Source: Paramicrosporidium saccamoebae KSL3
Lineage: Eukaryota; Fungi; Cryptomycota
Length of the DNA stretch: 32,000 nucleotides
Reading direction: 5' to 3'
Assembly (NCBI GenBank): GCA_002794465.1
Contig: MTSL01000065.1
Span: forward strand, 18,440-50,439
Shown: positions 1 through 9,636 of the stretch, in pieces
How the letters are laid out: each line of letters begins with the position of its first letter
How positions within the stretch are numbered: position 1 is the stretch's first letter
Position numbers and translations under genes: made by a program
Notes under the pieces: generated by a model
Told to the model about the DNA's origin: nothing
What the model saw: the letters and a program-made list of their open reading frames with translations, nothing else
Databases searched by the model: none

Positions 1-291
1 GTGGACAATTTCATGCGTGACATGCCCGTAAAGTCAGAGGACCCCATTCAGTTGATGCTACTTAATCCCGTTGAGCGGAATCTGTGGGGAGAGCTGGAGC
101 CGGAGGAAGAGGCTCCTGTAGAAGAATTCGAGCCAGAGGGTCCGCAGGAATTGGCGTTGGACGAGGACCAAATCGATCAGTATCAGCCCCCATCGACAGC
201 TACCGAATACCGTGACAGGGAAAGAAATGCCGAGATAATGTCGGACGAATCAGAAGTGGTGCTGGTGCGTAAGAATATGCGTAGTAAGTAA
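1..291 (+). CDS. 3' end of a gene entering from the left; probable splicing factor SF3B2/Cus1 (SAP145) C-terminus
   Basis: VERNLWGELEPEEE followed by an acidic tract resembles the 'RxxWGELEP' segment after the PSP domain of SF3B2; only the last 96 codons are visible; TAA at 289-291. Confidence 0.5.
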   Translation: MDNFMRDMPVKSEDPIQLMLLNPVERNLWGELEPEEEAPVEEFEPEGPQELALDEDQIDQYQPPSTATEYRDRERNAEIMSDESEVVLVRKNMRSK

Positions 292-380
292 ATGTGTAAA
301 TGTCACGTGCATACATCTTGATTGGTCGATTCAATCGATAATAGTATCTTAGATCCCCCAAGCTGAGCCACACGCTTGCT

Positions 381-933
381 ATGTGGACAAAGAGTCTCTT
401 GCTAGGCTCACTTCTTGCGATGGTGGCGGTTTCTTGCTCGTATTATTGTAGCCAAGGTGCTTATATATAGGAGCAGCGCAAGTAGTTCCTCAAGCGCCAC
501 AGACGGTGCCGACGTTGCCAACTCAAAAGAGACGTCCTTTGATTTCCCACCTCGCATTCTCCGAGCAAGCACTTATCCCTTCTTTGGCCAAACTTCCACG
601 ATGCTGGAAACGGAGCACGATAAAGAGCCAGTAAGGCGAAACCTAAGCGGCACCCTGTATCCACGGTCCTCATCTAATGCAAATAACTGCTCGCCAGCGC
701 CCAGAGTCCAGAGACTCTCGCCTAACTCGTATCCATCGCACAAGCCGTCATTTCCTGGATTGGAAAAGCGCAGCCCGAAAATAATTAACACGCGGAGAAA
801 TTACTTTCCCGCAGGTGATTATTCCAGGGAACAATTGCGACTTCAAGAAATGATGAGGCAGAGTAGTCCCGATCACGGGAATCCATCGAGTTTAGAGTCA
901 AAGTCAACTGTGGATGGTCTGAACCTGCCATGA
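381..933 (+). CDS. Secreted Ser/Pro-rich protein of unknown function (173 aa); exons 381-439 and 471-933
   Basis: ATG at 381 gives the signal-peptide-like MWTKSLLLGSLLAMVAVSCS. Removing a 31-nt GT-AG intron (440-470) joins it in frame to the listed 415..933 ORF (SSASSSSS...). Confidence 0.7.
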
Positions 934-1305
934 ACTGCGTAGCCGTCATATAGAATAGTAAACTAAAAGTTAACTTGCGCGCTCCAAACGAGCTATCAGG
1001 CCTCCGCGGCAGGGCTTTTAATATGATTCTAGTAATTTTTGTAGTTTAATCATCGCCCTAAACGTTCATGGTCACACAAATCATTAGTGCTTGGGCAGTA
1101 TCGAAATTTCGACATGATGCAGCATGGAAAATAAAATAGGCGTTCAGTAAATCAAGACCTTATCATAAGAAGATAGTATAATCACGACCAGGGAGGGAGT
1201 ACAAGTCCTTGCTAGCAATTTCACATTTATAAAGTGTCTATCAATGTGCGCCAGTCCAGTAGTCTCGATATCATAGCCAGGCGAGCACCTGGATCCAGTC
1301 TCGTG

Positions 1306-1530
1306 TTAATGGCCGTTCGCATTCCTAGCAGCCTTCTTTTCAATTCGTTTAATAGCTTCTGCCTCGGCTGCGGACCTTGGGCTCCAATTGATCCTCTTTT
1401 GGAAAAGTATTCCATTCATAGTCTCCCAATGATTTCGTGACTTTGGAGTGTTATCGGCCATTTTCCTACCAGCTCTAGAGGCAGAAACGACACAGACGAG
1501 CGCGAGGATGACAGTAGCAGCAAAATTCAT
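1306..1530 (-). CDS. Small secreted protein, family S copy 1 (74 aa)
   Basis: Signal peptide MNFAATVILALVCVVSAS; colinear with copy 2 (NTPKS..HWE..NG..F.[KR]RINWSP); TATA-like CATAAAA about 50 nt upstream. Confidence 0.7.
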   Translation of the reverse strand: MNFAATVILALVCVVSASRAGRKMADNTPKSRNHWETMNGILFQKRINWSPRSAAEAEAIKRIEKKAARNANGH

Positions 1531-2039
1531 CGGTCGGAAGATACGTTGAATGCGCCCCGGCCAACATGGCCGTCGATTTTATGGTCCTATGGGCGACTGA
1601 TAAATTGCCACTACGGTGCCGTCCATAGATTCTGTCGCTAAAGGTTTGTCGAACCCCATCCCGAAACGTCCTTGGCTTCACAAACCATTAGTGGTTGGAC
1701 AGTATCGGAGATTTCTCCATGATGCAGCATGGAAAATAAAATAGGCACTCTGTAAATCGACACTTTATCGTGAAATAGTATAGTTACGGGCGAGGGATTG
1801 AGTGCAAGGTCTGCTAAACAGCATTCACTTACTAGTGGTGAGTCCGACCTAGATAGCGGTCTCACAGTCCAGTTTGATTATATTAAAAATGGCCACCTAT
1901 AAAGAAGCCATACGCTCTAATAAAAGTAAGCTAACCCATCAACAAGGTCTTTATCAACAATATCGCATTTATAAAATATCTACCAATGTGCACTGGTCTC
2001 AAGATTAAAGCTAAGTGGGCACCTGGATCTAATTTTGTA

Positions 2040-2270
2040 CTAGTAATGGCTTGCACTCCTATCCACTCTCTGTTCAGTCTGTTGGATGTTCTCCGATTCG
2101 GCCACGAAACTTGGACTCCAATTGATTCTCCTATGGAAAGATGCCCCATTCACCCTTTCCCAATGCCTTTGTGACTTTGGGGTATTATTGACCATTCTCC
2201 TACCAACTCTAGAAGCTGAAATGGCACAAACGAGCGTGAGGATGAGGATGACAGTAGCAACAAAATTCAT
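2040..2270 (-). CDS. Small secreted protein, family S copy 2 (76 aa)
   Basis: Signal peptide MNFVATVILILTLVCAISAS; paralog of 1306..1530; TATAAAA at 2312-2318 on the minus strand. Confidence 0.7.
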   Translation of the reverse strand: MNFVATVILILTLVCAISASRVGRRMVNNTPKSQRHWERVNGASFHRRINWSPSFVAESENIQQTEQRVDRSASHY

Positions 2271-2311
2271 CGTTCGAATGTATTGGATGCTCCCTGGTCA
2301 ACAACCATCGC

Positions 2312-2318
2312 TTTTATA
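2312..2318 (-). promoter_or_regulatory. TATA-like box of family S copy 2
   Basis: TATAAAA 42-48 nt upstream of the ATG; same position as TATAAAT (3579-3585) in copy 3 and CATAAAA (1577-1583) in copy 1. Confidence 0.5.
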
Positions 2319-2817
2319 GCCTTGCGGCCGACTGCTAAATTGGCCCTACGGAGCCTTCTGTGAATTTTACCACTGGCGATTTTCAATACCCACCCCCAAT
2401 ACCTGAACAGCGCCCTATCTCTATGATATAATCTCATTACATCTGTCCTCGCCAACACCATGGTGGCGGCTATAAATCTTGACGGCTTCGGCATTGCCTC
2501 AAACGTCCATGGCCGCGCATTAATTGTTGAACATTATCGGAAACCCAAAAATTTCGTCATGATGCAGTATGGAGACTATAAATTGTCCGGTAAGTCCAGG
2601 CCAAATATAATACTTGACAAATGATCTTGGGATTAGTTGGGCATTTGAGGATAATTCTCCAGTTTGAAGAAGATGGTAAAAATCATCTCTCTACGATTTT
2701 AAGATTAGCAGTAAACGGGCTCTCTTCTCACCTGAATTTAACTGGGCGCTAGTTGCGTGAGAGTATGTAGGAAAATCAAATTTTACAACCAAAGGTCATT
2801 CTTTATTACAAACCTTG

Positions 2818-3534
2818 TTAGTAACCATATTTCCTTCGCTCAGCTTCCCGTTTGGCTCTTCTAGCAGCTGCATCAGAAGCTATTTCTGCATCTCTCTCGG
2901 CTGCAATTTCATCAGCAATTCTACTTCTACGAGCAATAGACTCTTTTTCCCACTCGGCAGCCTCGAGCTCGGCTTGTTCTTCAGCAGCCTGACGCTCAGC
3001 TCGTTCTTCAGCGGCCCTGCGCTCGGCTTCTTCTTCAGCAGCCTTACGCTCGGCCTCCTTTTTGGCAGCTTGTAGTTCGTTATATTTTTTCAGAATGGGG
3101 GCCACAGTAGGAGCAACCAGCTTTCTATAATATTCCGCATCTTTTACCTCTTCCTCGGCATCTTTGCTTTCGGGCTTTAGATTACGATTTTTCTGCAACT
3201 TGTCTCCCTCTTCCTCAGCATCTTCTACTTTGGGGCTTAGACCACGATCTCTCCACGATTTCTCTAGCTCCTCCATAGCTTTGGGGTCGGTGAGCGACTT
3301 GCCAGCGGCCTTATTTTTGGCCATCATTGCTAGCTGCTCTTTGCTTCTTTGCTCACGCTTAGCATCCTCTTCTACAGCTCTTTTGTAGTCTTCTTTCTTG
3401 GGGTATCTTCTTTTCAACATACCATCATACTGTTGTGACTCTAGAGTTTTCTCGGCTTCCTTTCCATCGACTTTCGCCCTAGAGGCAGTCGCGACACAGA
3501 CGAGCGCGAGGAAGACAGTGGCAGTAAGGTTCAT
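2818..3534 (-). CDS. Secreted highly charged helical protein, family S copy 3 (238 aa)
   Basis: Same signal peptide (MNLTATVFLALVCVATASRAKVDG). E/K/R/A-rich body with (E)AERxAAEE repeats at about 2960-3060, typical of coiled-coil or single alpha-helix segments. Confidence 0.85.
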   Translation of the reverse strand: MNLTATVFLALVCVATASRAKVDGKEAEKTLESQQYDGMLKRRYPKKEDYKRAVEEDAKREQRSKEQLAMMAKNKAAGKSLTDPKAMEELEKSWRDRGLSPKVEDAEEEGDKLQKNRNLKPESKDAEEEVKDAEYYRKLVAPTVAPILKKYNELQAAKKEAERKAAEEEAERRAAEERAERQAAEEQAELEAAEWEKESIARRSRIADEIAAERDAEIASDAAARRAKREAERRKYGY

Positions 3535-3578
3535 CGTTTAGAAGATACGTTGAGTGTTCCCTGGTCAACAATTGTTGA

Positions 3579-3585
3579 ATTTATA
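3579..3585 (-). promoter_or_regulatory. TATA-like box of family S copy 3
   Basis: TATAAAT 45-51 nt upstream of the ATG, followed by the conserved leader motif ACGTATCTTC (3541-3550), which also occurs at 1537-1546. Confidence 0.5.
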
Positions 3586-4020
3586 GCACCACGTGGCCAT
3601 AGCATCTGTTGGACGAATCATCGTTCACCTCGTCAACATGGTACCGGGCACGAATGATTGGCTGCAGTAAATTGAGGTTCCACTGTCTAATGTGAAACAT
3701 TCTATATTGTGAGACTTGCAATAGCACTCTTTCCTGAGGGTATCTGACACGTGGTGGGGCAACTTGCGCTTAATAAAGAATTACTGTAGAATGAGTTGGT
3801 CTCTGTTACATACTAGAACCAGCTTTCGTCTGGCATGCATGATAAGGCTCCTGTACGTGGGCCGTTGTGACACCACGAGACAGTATCGATCCGGGAGTAT
3901 CTCCTATCACATAGCAAGCAATTTGAACCGAAGAAGGGCATTTTTATAATACAAGATGGGATATCTAATATAAAACGATATCCCCTTATGATGTGGAGTC
4001 TCAACTCAAATAGCCATCCC

Positions 4021-4113
4021 ACAAGTCAGATCCGGTTAGTGAAATGCATCTACAAGTCAGATCCGGTTAATAAAATGCATCTATAAGTCAGGTCCGTTTA
4101 GTAAAGTGCACTT
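4021..4113. repeat. Intergenic minisatellite, 3 x 31 bp
   Basis: Units 4021-4051, 4052-4082 and 4083-4113; consensus ACAAGTCAGATCCGGTTAGTAAAATGCATCT; no spacers. Confidence 0.9.
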
Positions 4114-4260
4114 ATAATATGCCATACAGTTAAATAAAGACATTTTCCCGTTTATCCTACATCTAATAAATAAGCCCTCACAACAAGTGTGTCAATGTCC
4201 AGTTATGAGGGCTAAGCATCACGTAGCTGCACGTTGGAATCGACTGCCGGGTATTAATGA

Positions 4261-5193
4261 CTATAGCTCCTGGTAAGAGTCCGCCTTGGTGGGTTGCTCA
4301 ACCGCGTCCTGGGTGCTCGTGGTCGGTGTAGGATCTAAAAGCAAAGAATCCTGCGTCGCAGAAATAATAGACTCGACAACATTCGATGAGGCCAAGGCAC
4401 TTACAGCGGCATCCAAGGACACATTGATAGGCTCGACAACATTTGATGAAGCCAAAGTGCTCACAGCAGTGTCCACGGTCACATGGATAGGCTCCCTGTG
4501 GGGATAAACCAGTCGGAACACAAAGGCTACGCAACGATAGATCCAGGGAAAGATGAACCGCGGGAACCATAGCCGTTTTCCAGCAATATACAGCAACACT
4601 AGCGAATACATTCCCACTGCCGCCATTATAAGCATCCGATCCGTCTTTTCCCTCCTCCACAAATTTGCAATCATCCTCTTGCTTGTCGTGAGCACTCCAC
4701 CAAACACGGTGTAGGTTTCTGCAGTCGCCTGCATCCGTTTAGTGCTGCGTGCCATAATTTCAAAGCTCGCCTCGGAGCGGAGGAGCTCGTCCTGCATGGT
4801 TTGGGTTAGGGTGCAAAGCGAATCGGTAATGTCCTGTGCAAGAGAGTCGGCAGGCTGAACGGGAGCGGCAATACGACGGACCAATTGAGAGCGTGCGGAT
4901 GGCTGAGCAGTGAGGGCAGACCGTGCAGATATGACGGCCTGGTGTTCAGAGGAAAAGAGTCGCTCGTAAGTGGTGCGGTGAGAGGAAATGTCAAGGTCTG
5001 GACACAATGCCGTGTAGCCAGTGCACCTTGTAATGGCTGAATCGTAATTAGCTAGCATTCGCTTTGTCTCGCGATGAATCACCTCCAGTTCAAAAGTTGA
5101 CTTTACCCCGCTTTTAATCAACTCGATTTTGCCTCTAATATTCTGTGACAGCGTCTCCAGTGAGGCAAGTAATGTCTCTACTGATTCATTCAT
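4261..5193 (-). CDS. SEC20: Sec20/BNIP1-type ER Qb-SNARE (likely start MNESV at 5193)
   Basis: ITDSLCTLTQTMQDELLRSEASFEIMARST...LTTSKRMIANLWRREKTDRMLI followed by a transmembrane helix matches the Sec20 domain; Ser/Thr-rich C-terminal tail. Confidence 0.85.
   Translation of the reverse strand: MNESVETLLASLETLSQNIRGKIELIKSGVKSTFELEVIHRETKRMLANYDSAITRCTGYTALCPDLDISSHRTTYERLFSSEHQAVISARSALTAQPSARSQLVRRIAAPVQPADSLAQDITDSLCTLTQTMQDELLRSEASFEIMARSTKRMQATAETYTVFGGVLTTSKRMIANLWRREKTDRMLIMAAVGMYSLVLLYIAGKRLWFPRFIFPWIYRCVAFVFRLVYPHREPIHVTVDTAVSTLASSNVVEPINVSLDAAVSALASSNVVESIISATQDSLLLDPTPTTSTQDAVEQPTKADSYQEL
4372..4495 (-). repeat. In-frame 60-bp (20-aa) tandem duplication in the SEC20 tail
   Basis: EPIHVTVDTAVSTLASSNVV / EPINVSLDAAVSALASSNVV. 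Confidence 0.85.
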
Positions 5194-5227
5194 TGTGAAA
5201 AGAAAGAAAAATACAAATACCCGTTTC

Positions 5228-5995
5228 ATGTCCTCGGATGAAGAGGGTCAGGTCTGGTCGGCCAATAGTGATTCCGAGGTGGAAGAATGGACCCTAAGAG
5301 GGATATTGCCGGTGGCACCTATGGACGCTGGCTTTGATCCAGAAGCTGTTCCTGAATGCGGTGAGGAATACCTTCGTCTAGTTCGATACCAGAGTGAGCG
5401 TCTTCCTCTAGTCCAGTTGCCAGAGCAACCTGTTGTATCCACAGCAAAAACACGCTTTGAGGAATACACCAGGTTAGATGCAGTCCTTAATGCCACTGAC
5501 GTCGAAAAACTTTCAACCCGCGAGTGGGCTGACAAGGTTGTTGAAACATTCCAAAGCGGCTGTATCAAAGACTATGATGGTAGCGCAGAGGGCTGGCCCG
5601 TCTTTGGAGACACCGACGGATGGCATCGACATCTCTATGGACAGCCCAGCGAAGAGGGTGCTGTTTCCATCGAACCCGACGATCTGTTATGCTCTCCCCC
5701 TGAACAACGACAGATCCATCAGTTACTTCGATTTCATCATAAATGGACAATATCCGGCGTGACTGAGCGACAATATAGATGGATAATCCGTCTCCTCCAA
5801 TGTGTTGATCCAAGGCTGAGTGCAAAAGAGACTTCTGATTTGAGGGAGCTGGCAATCCAATGTGCTACACTACGCACCACCTCATTAACTACCATGTTGG
5901 ATACAGACGAATTGTTCTATGTAAATGGAATCATCTCGATCATAGCGCGTGTTTTTGGACAGTCTGATTTACTATTGTTTAAAGAAAATTTGTAG
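5228..5995 (+). CDS. GEMIN2: Gemin2/SIP1 (Yip11/Brr1-like) SMN-complex subunit
   Basis: DPEAVPECGEEYLRLVRYQSERLP matches the Gemin2 'P..GEEYLR.VR.E' motif; C-terminal WIIRLLQCVDPRL...DLRELA...ARVFGQSDL also fits. First ATG at 5228. Confidence 0.85.
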   Translation: MSSDEEGQVWSANSDSEVEEWTLRGILPVAPMDAGFDPEAVPECGEEYLRLVRYQSERLPLVQLPEQPVVSTAKTRFEEYTRLDAVLNATDVEKLSTREWADKVVETFQSGCIKDYDGSAEGWPVFGDTDGWHRHLYGQPSEEGAVSIEPDDLLCSPPEQRQIHQLLRFHHKWTISGVTERQYRWIIRLLQCVDPRLSAKETSDLRELAIQCATLRTTSLTTMLDTDELFYVNGIISIIARVFGQSDLLLFKENL

Positions 5996-7375
5996 AAATT
6001 AAAGTGGGCTGTATCCTTCTTTTGGGTGGTTGAGTATTGTCACTTGGCGGATCAACCGTCATGTCCACGGAACTGACTTCCAGCACATCTATCGGATCAG
6101 ACGAGGGAAGACGGGAAGAATCGGCCATAACATTGAAGAACTGTGGCGGCACTCTTTTAATCTGTGATGCATTTAACTCGACCATGATCTCTCGCTGCTG
6201 TTCCTCTGGAAGTGTCTCCCCAAGCTCTTCCCGACTGAAGGAAACCAAAGAACAGAAGCCGTCGGTGGAAGCAACCAGTAGTGTGTAGCCATCAGCTGAC
6301 CAGCTGGCGTCAGTAAGGCTTCCATAGTGCAAATCGCGACAAGTTGCAATGGGAATACTCTGACGAGTGTCAAAAATTGCTACCATATCCATGGTAAAGA
6401 CGGCATACACCATCCGATACGGCCTAGCCAGCCAAGAATCGCCCTCAAGTTGGAAGAAACGGGGGTTGCATCGGACTCCAAGGACCGGTCTGTCAAATCC
6501 CCCAATCTGTGCCACAGGTGTTCCACTGATCTGGGAACGGCTTTGAATGTAAAAACAATTTCCATTTCCAGCGGGAAGGATCACTAATCCTCCATCTGGC
6601 GTAAATGCCGGGCGCCTGAAAAAGGACACGAGCGTCTCGTCGTGGAAATAATGTCCAGTCGTGGATTTGACCAATTTGTTAAGGGGAAGTGCCTGGAGCG
6701 TGCCATCCCGCCTTGTGCTCGTCTTCCAAATCTTTACTGATCGATCACAACTCTCTGACACTAAATATCTTCCCAACGGATCCCACGCCACGCCCTGTAC
6801 AAAATGCTGATGATCCCTCAATAGCTTTACACGCTTCTCTATAAACCGTCATTAGGCCCTATAGTAAATTGTACGTGTGGATAGTTCCCATATCTGGGCA
6901 GTATTGTCAGTGAGGCCAATTAGCACATATCGATCGTCGGGCGACCAGGCCAAGTCGTAAATATCCTCCCTATCAGACACTCGAATTATTGCCACTGCCG
7001 CCCAATATTCGCTGCTCTCATCCTCCTCCCCAAACATTTTCGAATGGGCAATCGGATGCTCACTCTGTCGCCAGATGATAAGGGTGCCACCATCGCCGGC
7101 CGAGGCAAGCAGAGTTCCAGAGGACGCAAAACGCACACAATTAACCGGCCGACTGTGGCGAGAAAGTGTGGCGCAATATTCTGGGATGACCTCGCCGTCA
7201 TTCTGGCTCGCAAGTTTCCACACCTACATATTCTACACCCACCCACCGGCATGGCTACTCTTATATTGTTATCACCGCCGGCGGTTACCATACGCGTCGA
7301 GTCATTTCTGTCAAAATCCACACTGAACACGGGCAGCTTGTCATGCCAATGGATTCTCAATACTTTTGCCAGCAT
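5979..7375 (-). CDS. CAC2: Chromatin assembly factor 1 p60 subunit (Cac2/CHAF1B), WD40 (441 aa); exons 7375-7259, 7223-6875, 6838-5979
   Basis: IHWHDKLPVFSVDF N-terminus, LSRHSRPVNCVRF, DHQHFVQGVAWDP, YFHDETLVSFFRRPAFTPDG, and the C-terminal Asf1-binding B-domain-like KRRIQPTLI. Introns 7224-7258 (35 nt) and 6839-6874 (36 nt) restore one ORF. Confidence 0.9.
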
Positions 7376-7442
7376 AAGAAATAAACTAAATTAATTGTTG
7401 ATCTACGGTCTATCGCAGTTGCAATTGCAGTTACAGTCCTGG

Positions 7443-8819
7443 TCAACGATAAAGACGGGAAATGGTGCTTCCAGTACTGGCAAGCAATATAAAGACCCCA
7501 AAGACAAACAGTCCCTTGGAGAGGGTACGGGTGGTCCGAGAATATTGATCTTTGGGAGACAGCTTGAGATAGCATGCTGCTGGGAATATAAAGGCTAGAG
7601 CGGAGGCTGCTAAACCACCAGTGATTTCCAGGATCAACTCGAGATTTGTGTATCCCAGACACACGGCAGTAGTCACACTAACCAACGTCGAGGTGATCAA
7701 GTAATGGGACCATTCGGGAGGCTTGGCACCAAAGAGAGTCGTGCTGAGGACTTCACGGGCCACAAAACAATCAAGTGGATAAGTCAGTCCCAAAGACACT
7801 GCCAACAATACTCGTGCCATGTTAATGGCAACCGAAGTCATGCCGAAATTGTTCAGCACATTGGCCTCAGTGTCCTCACCAAAACACAGATACACTGGCA
7901 CGGAAAGGATCACGGAGGCCAGCAGCGATATTCCGGTGGAGAGATGGGTGACCACGGCAAATGACGACACGGATGGAATCTCCAAAGAGTCGTGAATTTC
8001 AAAAGAATTGTGATGACAGACAAAAGCAAAACTGATAATTCCAAGAGAATCAAGGAACCCCCATCCGACCAAATTAATTGGACCTGGAGTAAAGGCCACC
8101 GGTGCCTCTATAACAATGGCAAAAATGATAAAAATCACAGAAACTAGGGCGAGGAGTGAGAAATTTCCCAAGAAAGTCAGATTCCTCGATAAAGACAATG
8201 GAAGCATGCCAAATATAGTGGTAACGAGGATAACAAACGCCCTCTCGGCAAGAATAGACTCGGGCAGATAGAATCCGGCAACGCGGGTGATATTGTCCGC
8301 AAGAATGATCACATAGGCACACATGCCTCCCAGAGAAAAGACGACCTGGAAGAGTCCACAGACCACTGATCCGGGAAATCCATATGCACGCCCCATTAAA
8401 TCTTGGTACGAGCTCGCACATGCGAGACGGCCAGTCCTTATGAGCAAAAGAATGGACCAATCCACAACCACCGTCACCACTGCTAACAAAACCAACCCCA
8501 GAATCAGACCACTCTTCATCATGGCATAGGGCAATCCCATCAATCCCGCTCCCAATATGGAGTTTGTGAAATTAAGAGTCGCCAGCACCGCCGAGCCAAC
8601 GCCCTGATTCTTGCTCAGCAACAGCAAACTGCTGTTGGAGTGGCTGCGTTTTCGCCCGCCAACTTCCAACTCATAGGTCTGCTCGCAGGGCTGCAGCTCG
8701 TAACTGTCATCACGACTTACGAAACGGCTACTCAACGAGAGGAGCGAATCAAAGAGAGGCGCGCGCTTAAGACGGACTGATTTGAGGATGAGCGGAGAGT
8801 CACTAGTCTGGTCGGGCAT
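7443..8819 (-). CDS. Amino-acid transporter, Aa_trans/AAAP family (Avt2/SLC38A11-like)
   Basis: NFTNSILGAGLMGLPYA, ISFAFVCHHNSF and LTYPLDCFVARE motifs; about 11 hydrophobic helices. Confidence 0.88.
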   Translation of the reverse strand: MPDQTSDSPLILKSVRLKRAPLFDSLLSLSSRFVSRDDSYELQPCEQTYELEVGGRKRSHSNSSLLLLSKNQGVGSAVLATLNFTNSILGAGLMGLPYAMMKSGLILGLVLLAVVTVVVDWSILLLIRTGRLACASSYQDLMGRAYGFPGSVVCGLFQVVFSLGGMCAYVIILADNITRVAGFYLPESILAERAFVILVTTIFGMLPLSLSRNLTFLGNFSLLALVSVIFIIFAIVIEAPVAFTPGPINLVGWGFLDSLGIISFAFVCHHNSFEIHDSLEIPSVSSFAVVTHLSTGISLLASVILSVPVYLCFGEDTEANVLNNFGMTSVAINMARVLLAVSLGLTYPLDCFVAREVLSTTLFGAKPPEWSHYLITSTLVSVTTAVCLGYTNLELILEITGGLAASALAFIFPAACYLKLSPKDQYSRTTRTLSKGLFVFGVFILLASTGSTISRLYR

Positions 8820-8864
8820 GCCGAGATTGTCGAATGACGACTATTTATAGGTTATTGAGTTATG

Positions 8865-9615
8865 CTACCAGTCGAGATGTTTGAGTGGTAGTGGGCTTGT
8901 CAGCAACTCTGTTATTCTAGTAAAAGTTGCAGCCTTAATCTTTTCTGTAACCTCCTCGATACTTCCTTGTCCATCGACAATCTACAAATTCAGTCTGGCA
9001 AGCACTAGCGACGTACGATCCAAGAATCATCCTTGAGGCTATCAAATGTAGCGCGAACCTTGACTTGGAGCTCGACTTGCTCGTACCTTTCCTCGCCAAA
9101 TCCATCGCGCCCCAATGCACCCTCAATTGGCACATCCAGGAAAATTACCAAATCGGGTTTAGGCAGTCCACGGTCTGGGGCCTTGCACCAATCGAGAGAC
9201 AGACCCTTGGCAGCCGAATATGCCACTCCTGACAATGCATATCGATCCAGCACCAGCGCAGTGCCTGCTGCCAATGTATTCTCCATCTGTTCCCTACCAA
9301 TGTTGGTGTGCATGCATTGGGTACCTTAGTTCCCAGCGGTTGGCGGAAAAGAGCAGATGGATGGCCTGATCATTTAACGATGAACTGCCAGTAAGATATT
9401 CGTTGATAATTTTCCCTATGGGAGTGGTGCGTTCTGGACGGTTAATGGAATGCAGGTCGCAATTTACCGGGAAATTTGACATATTCACTGGGCAATTCAA
9501 AAGTTTCCCGTAGCCAATCCTGCAAAAGTTTGCACTGTGTCGTCTTTCCGCCACGATCACAACCCTCGACGGCAATTAAGAGACCTCTGTGTCCGTTTTT
9601 CGTCGACGCCACCAT
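8865..9615 (-). CDS. CDC8: Thymidylate kinase (216 aa); exons 9615-9468, 9433-9325, 9293-9017, 8981-8865
   Basis: Spliced product has [18 protein letters not shown] (P-loop), [19 protein letters not shown] and [13 protein letters not shown]. Introns 9434-9467 (34 nt), 9294-9324 (31 nt), 8982-9016 (35 nt). Confidence 0.93.
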
Positions 9616-9636
9616 TACAATTTTGTTGATTTATTG

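Larger units (their letters stand above)
1060..2600. repeat. Degenerate tandem duplication units carrying the small secreted genes
   Basis: Identical 28-nt block CATGATGCAGCATGGAAAATAAAATAGG at 1113-1140 and 1718-1745, a partial third copy at 2558-2572, and colinear similarity across and downstream of the two small ORFs. Confidence 0.8.

Noticed and set aside
1005-1045. U5 snRNA-like GGCTTTTAA plus Sm-like AATTTTTG
   Set aside because: The loop does not match GCCTTTTAC and there is no flanking stem.
1431-1459. 29-nt GT-AG 'intron' in small secreted copy 1
   Set aside because: The unspliced frame aligns with copies 2 and 3 (G.K.A..T..S), whereas splicing gives a shorter, non-conserved product.
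4021-4113. CRISPR-like array
   Set aside because: Units abut with no unique spacers, there are only three, the context is eukaryotic, and there are no cas genes.
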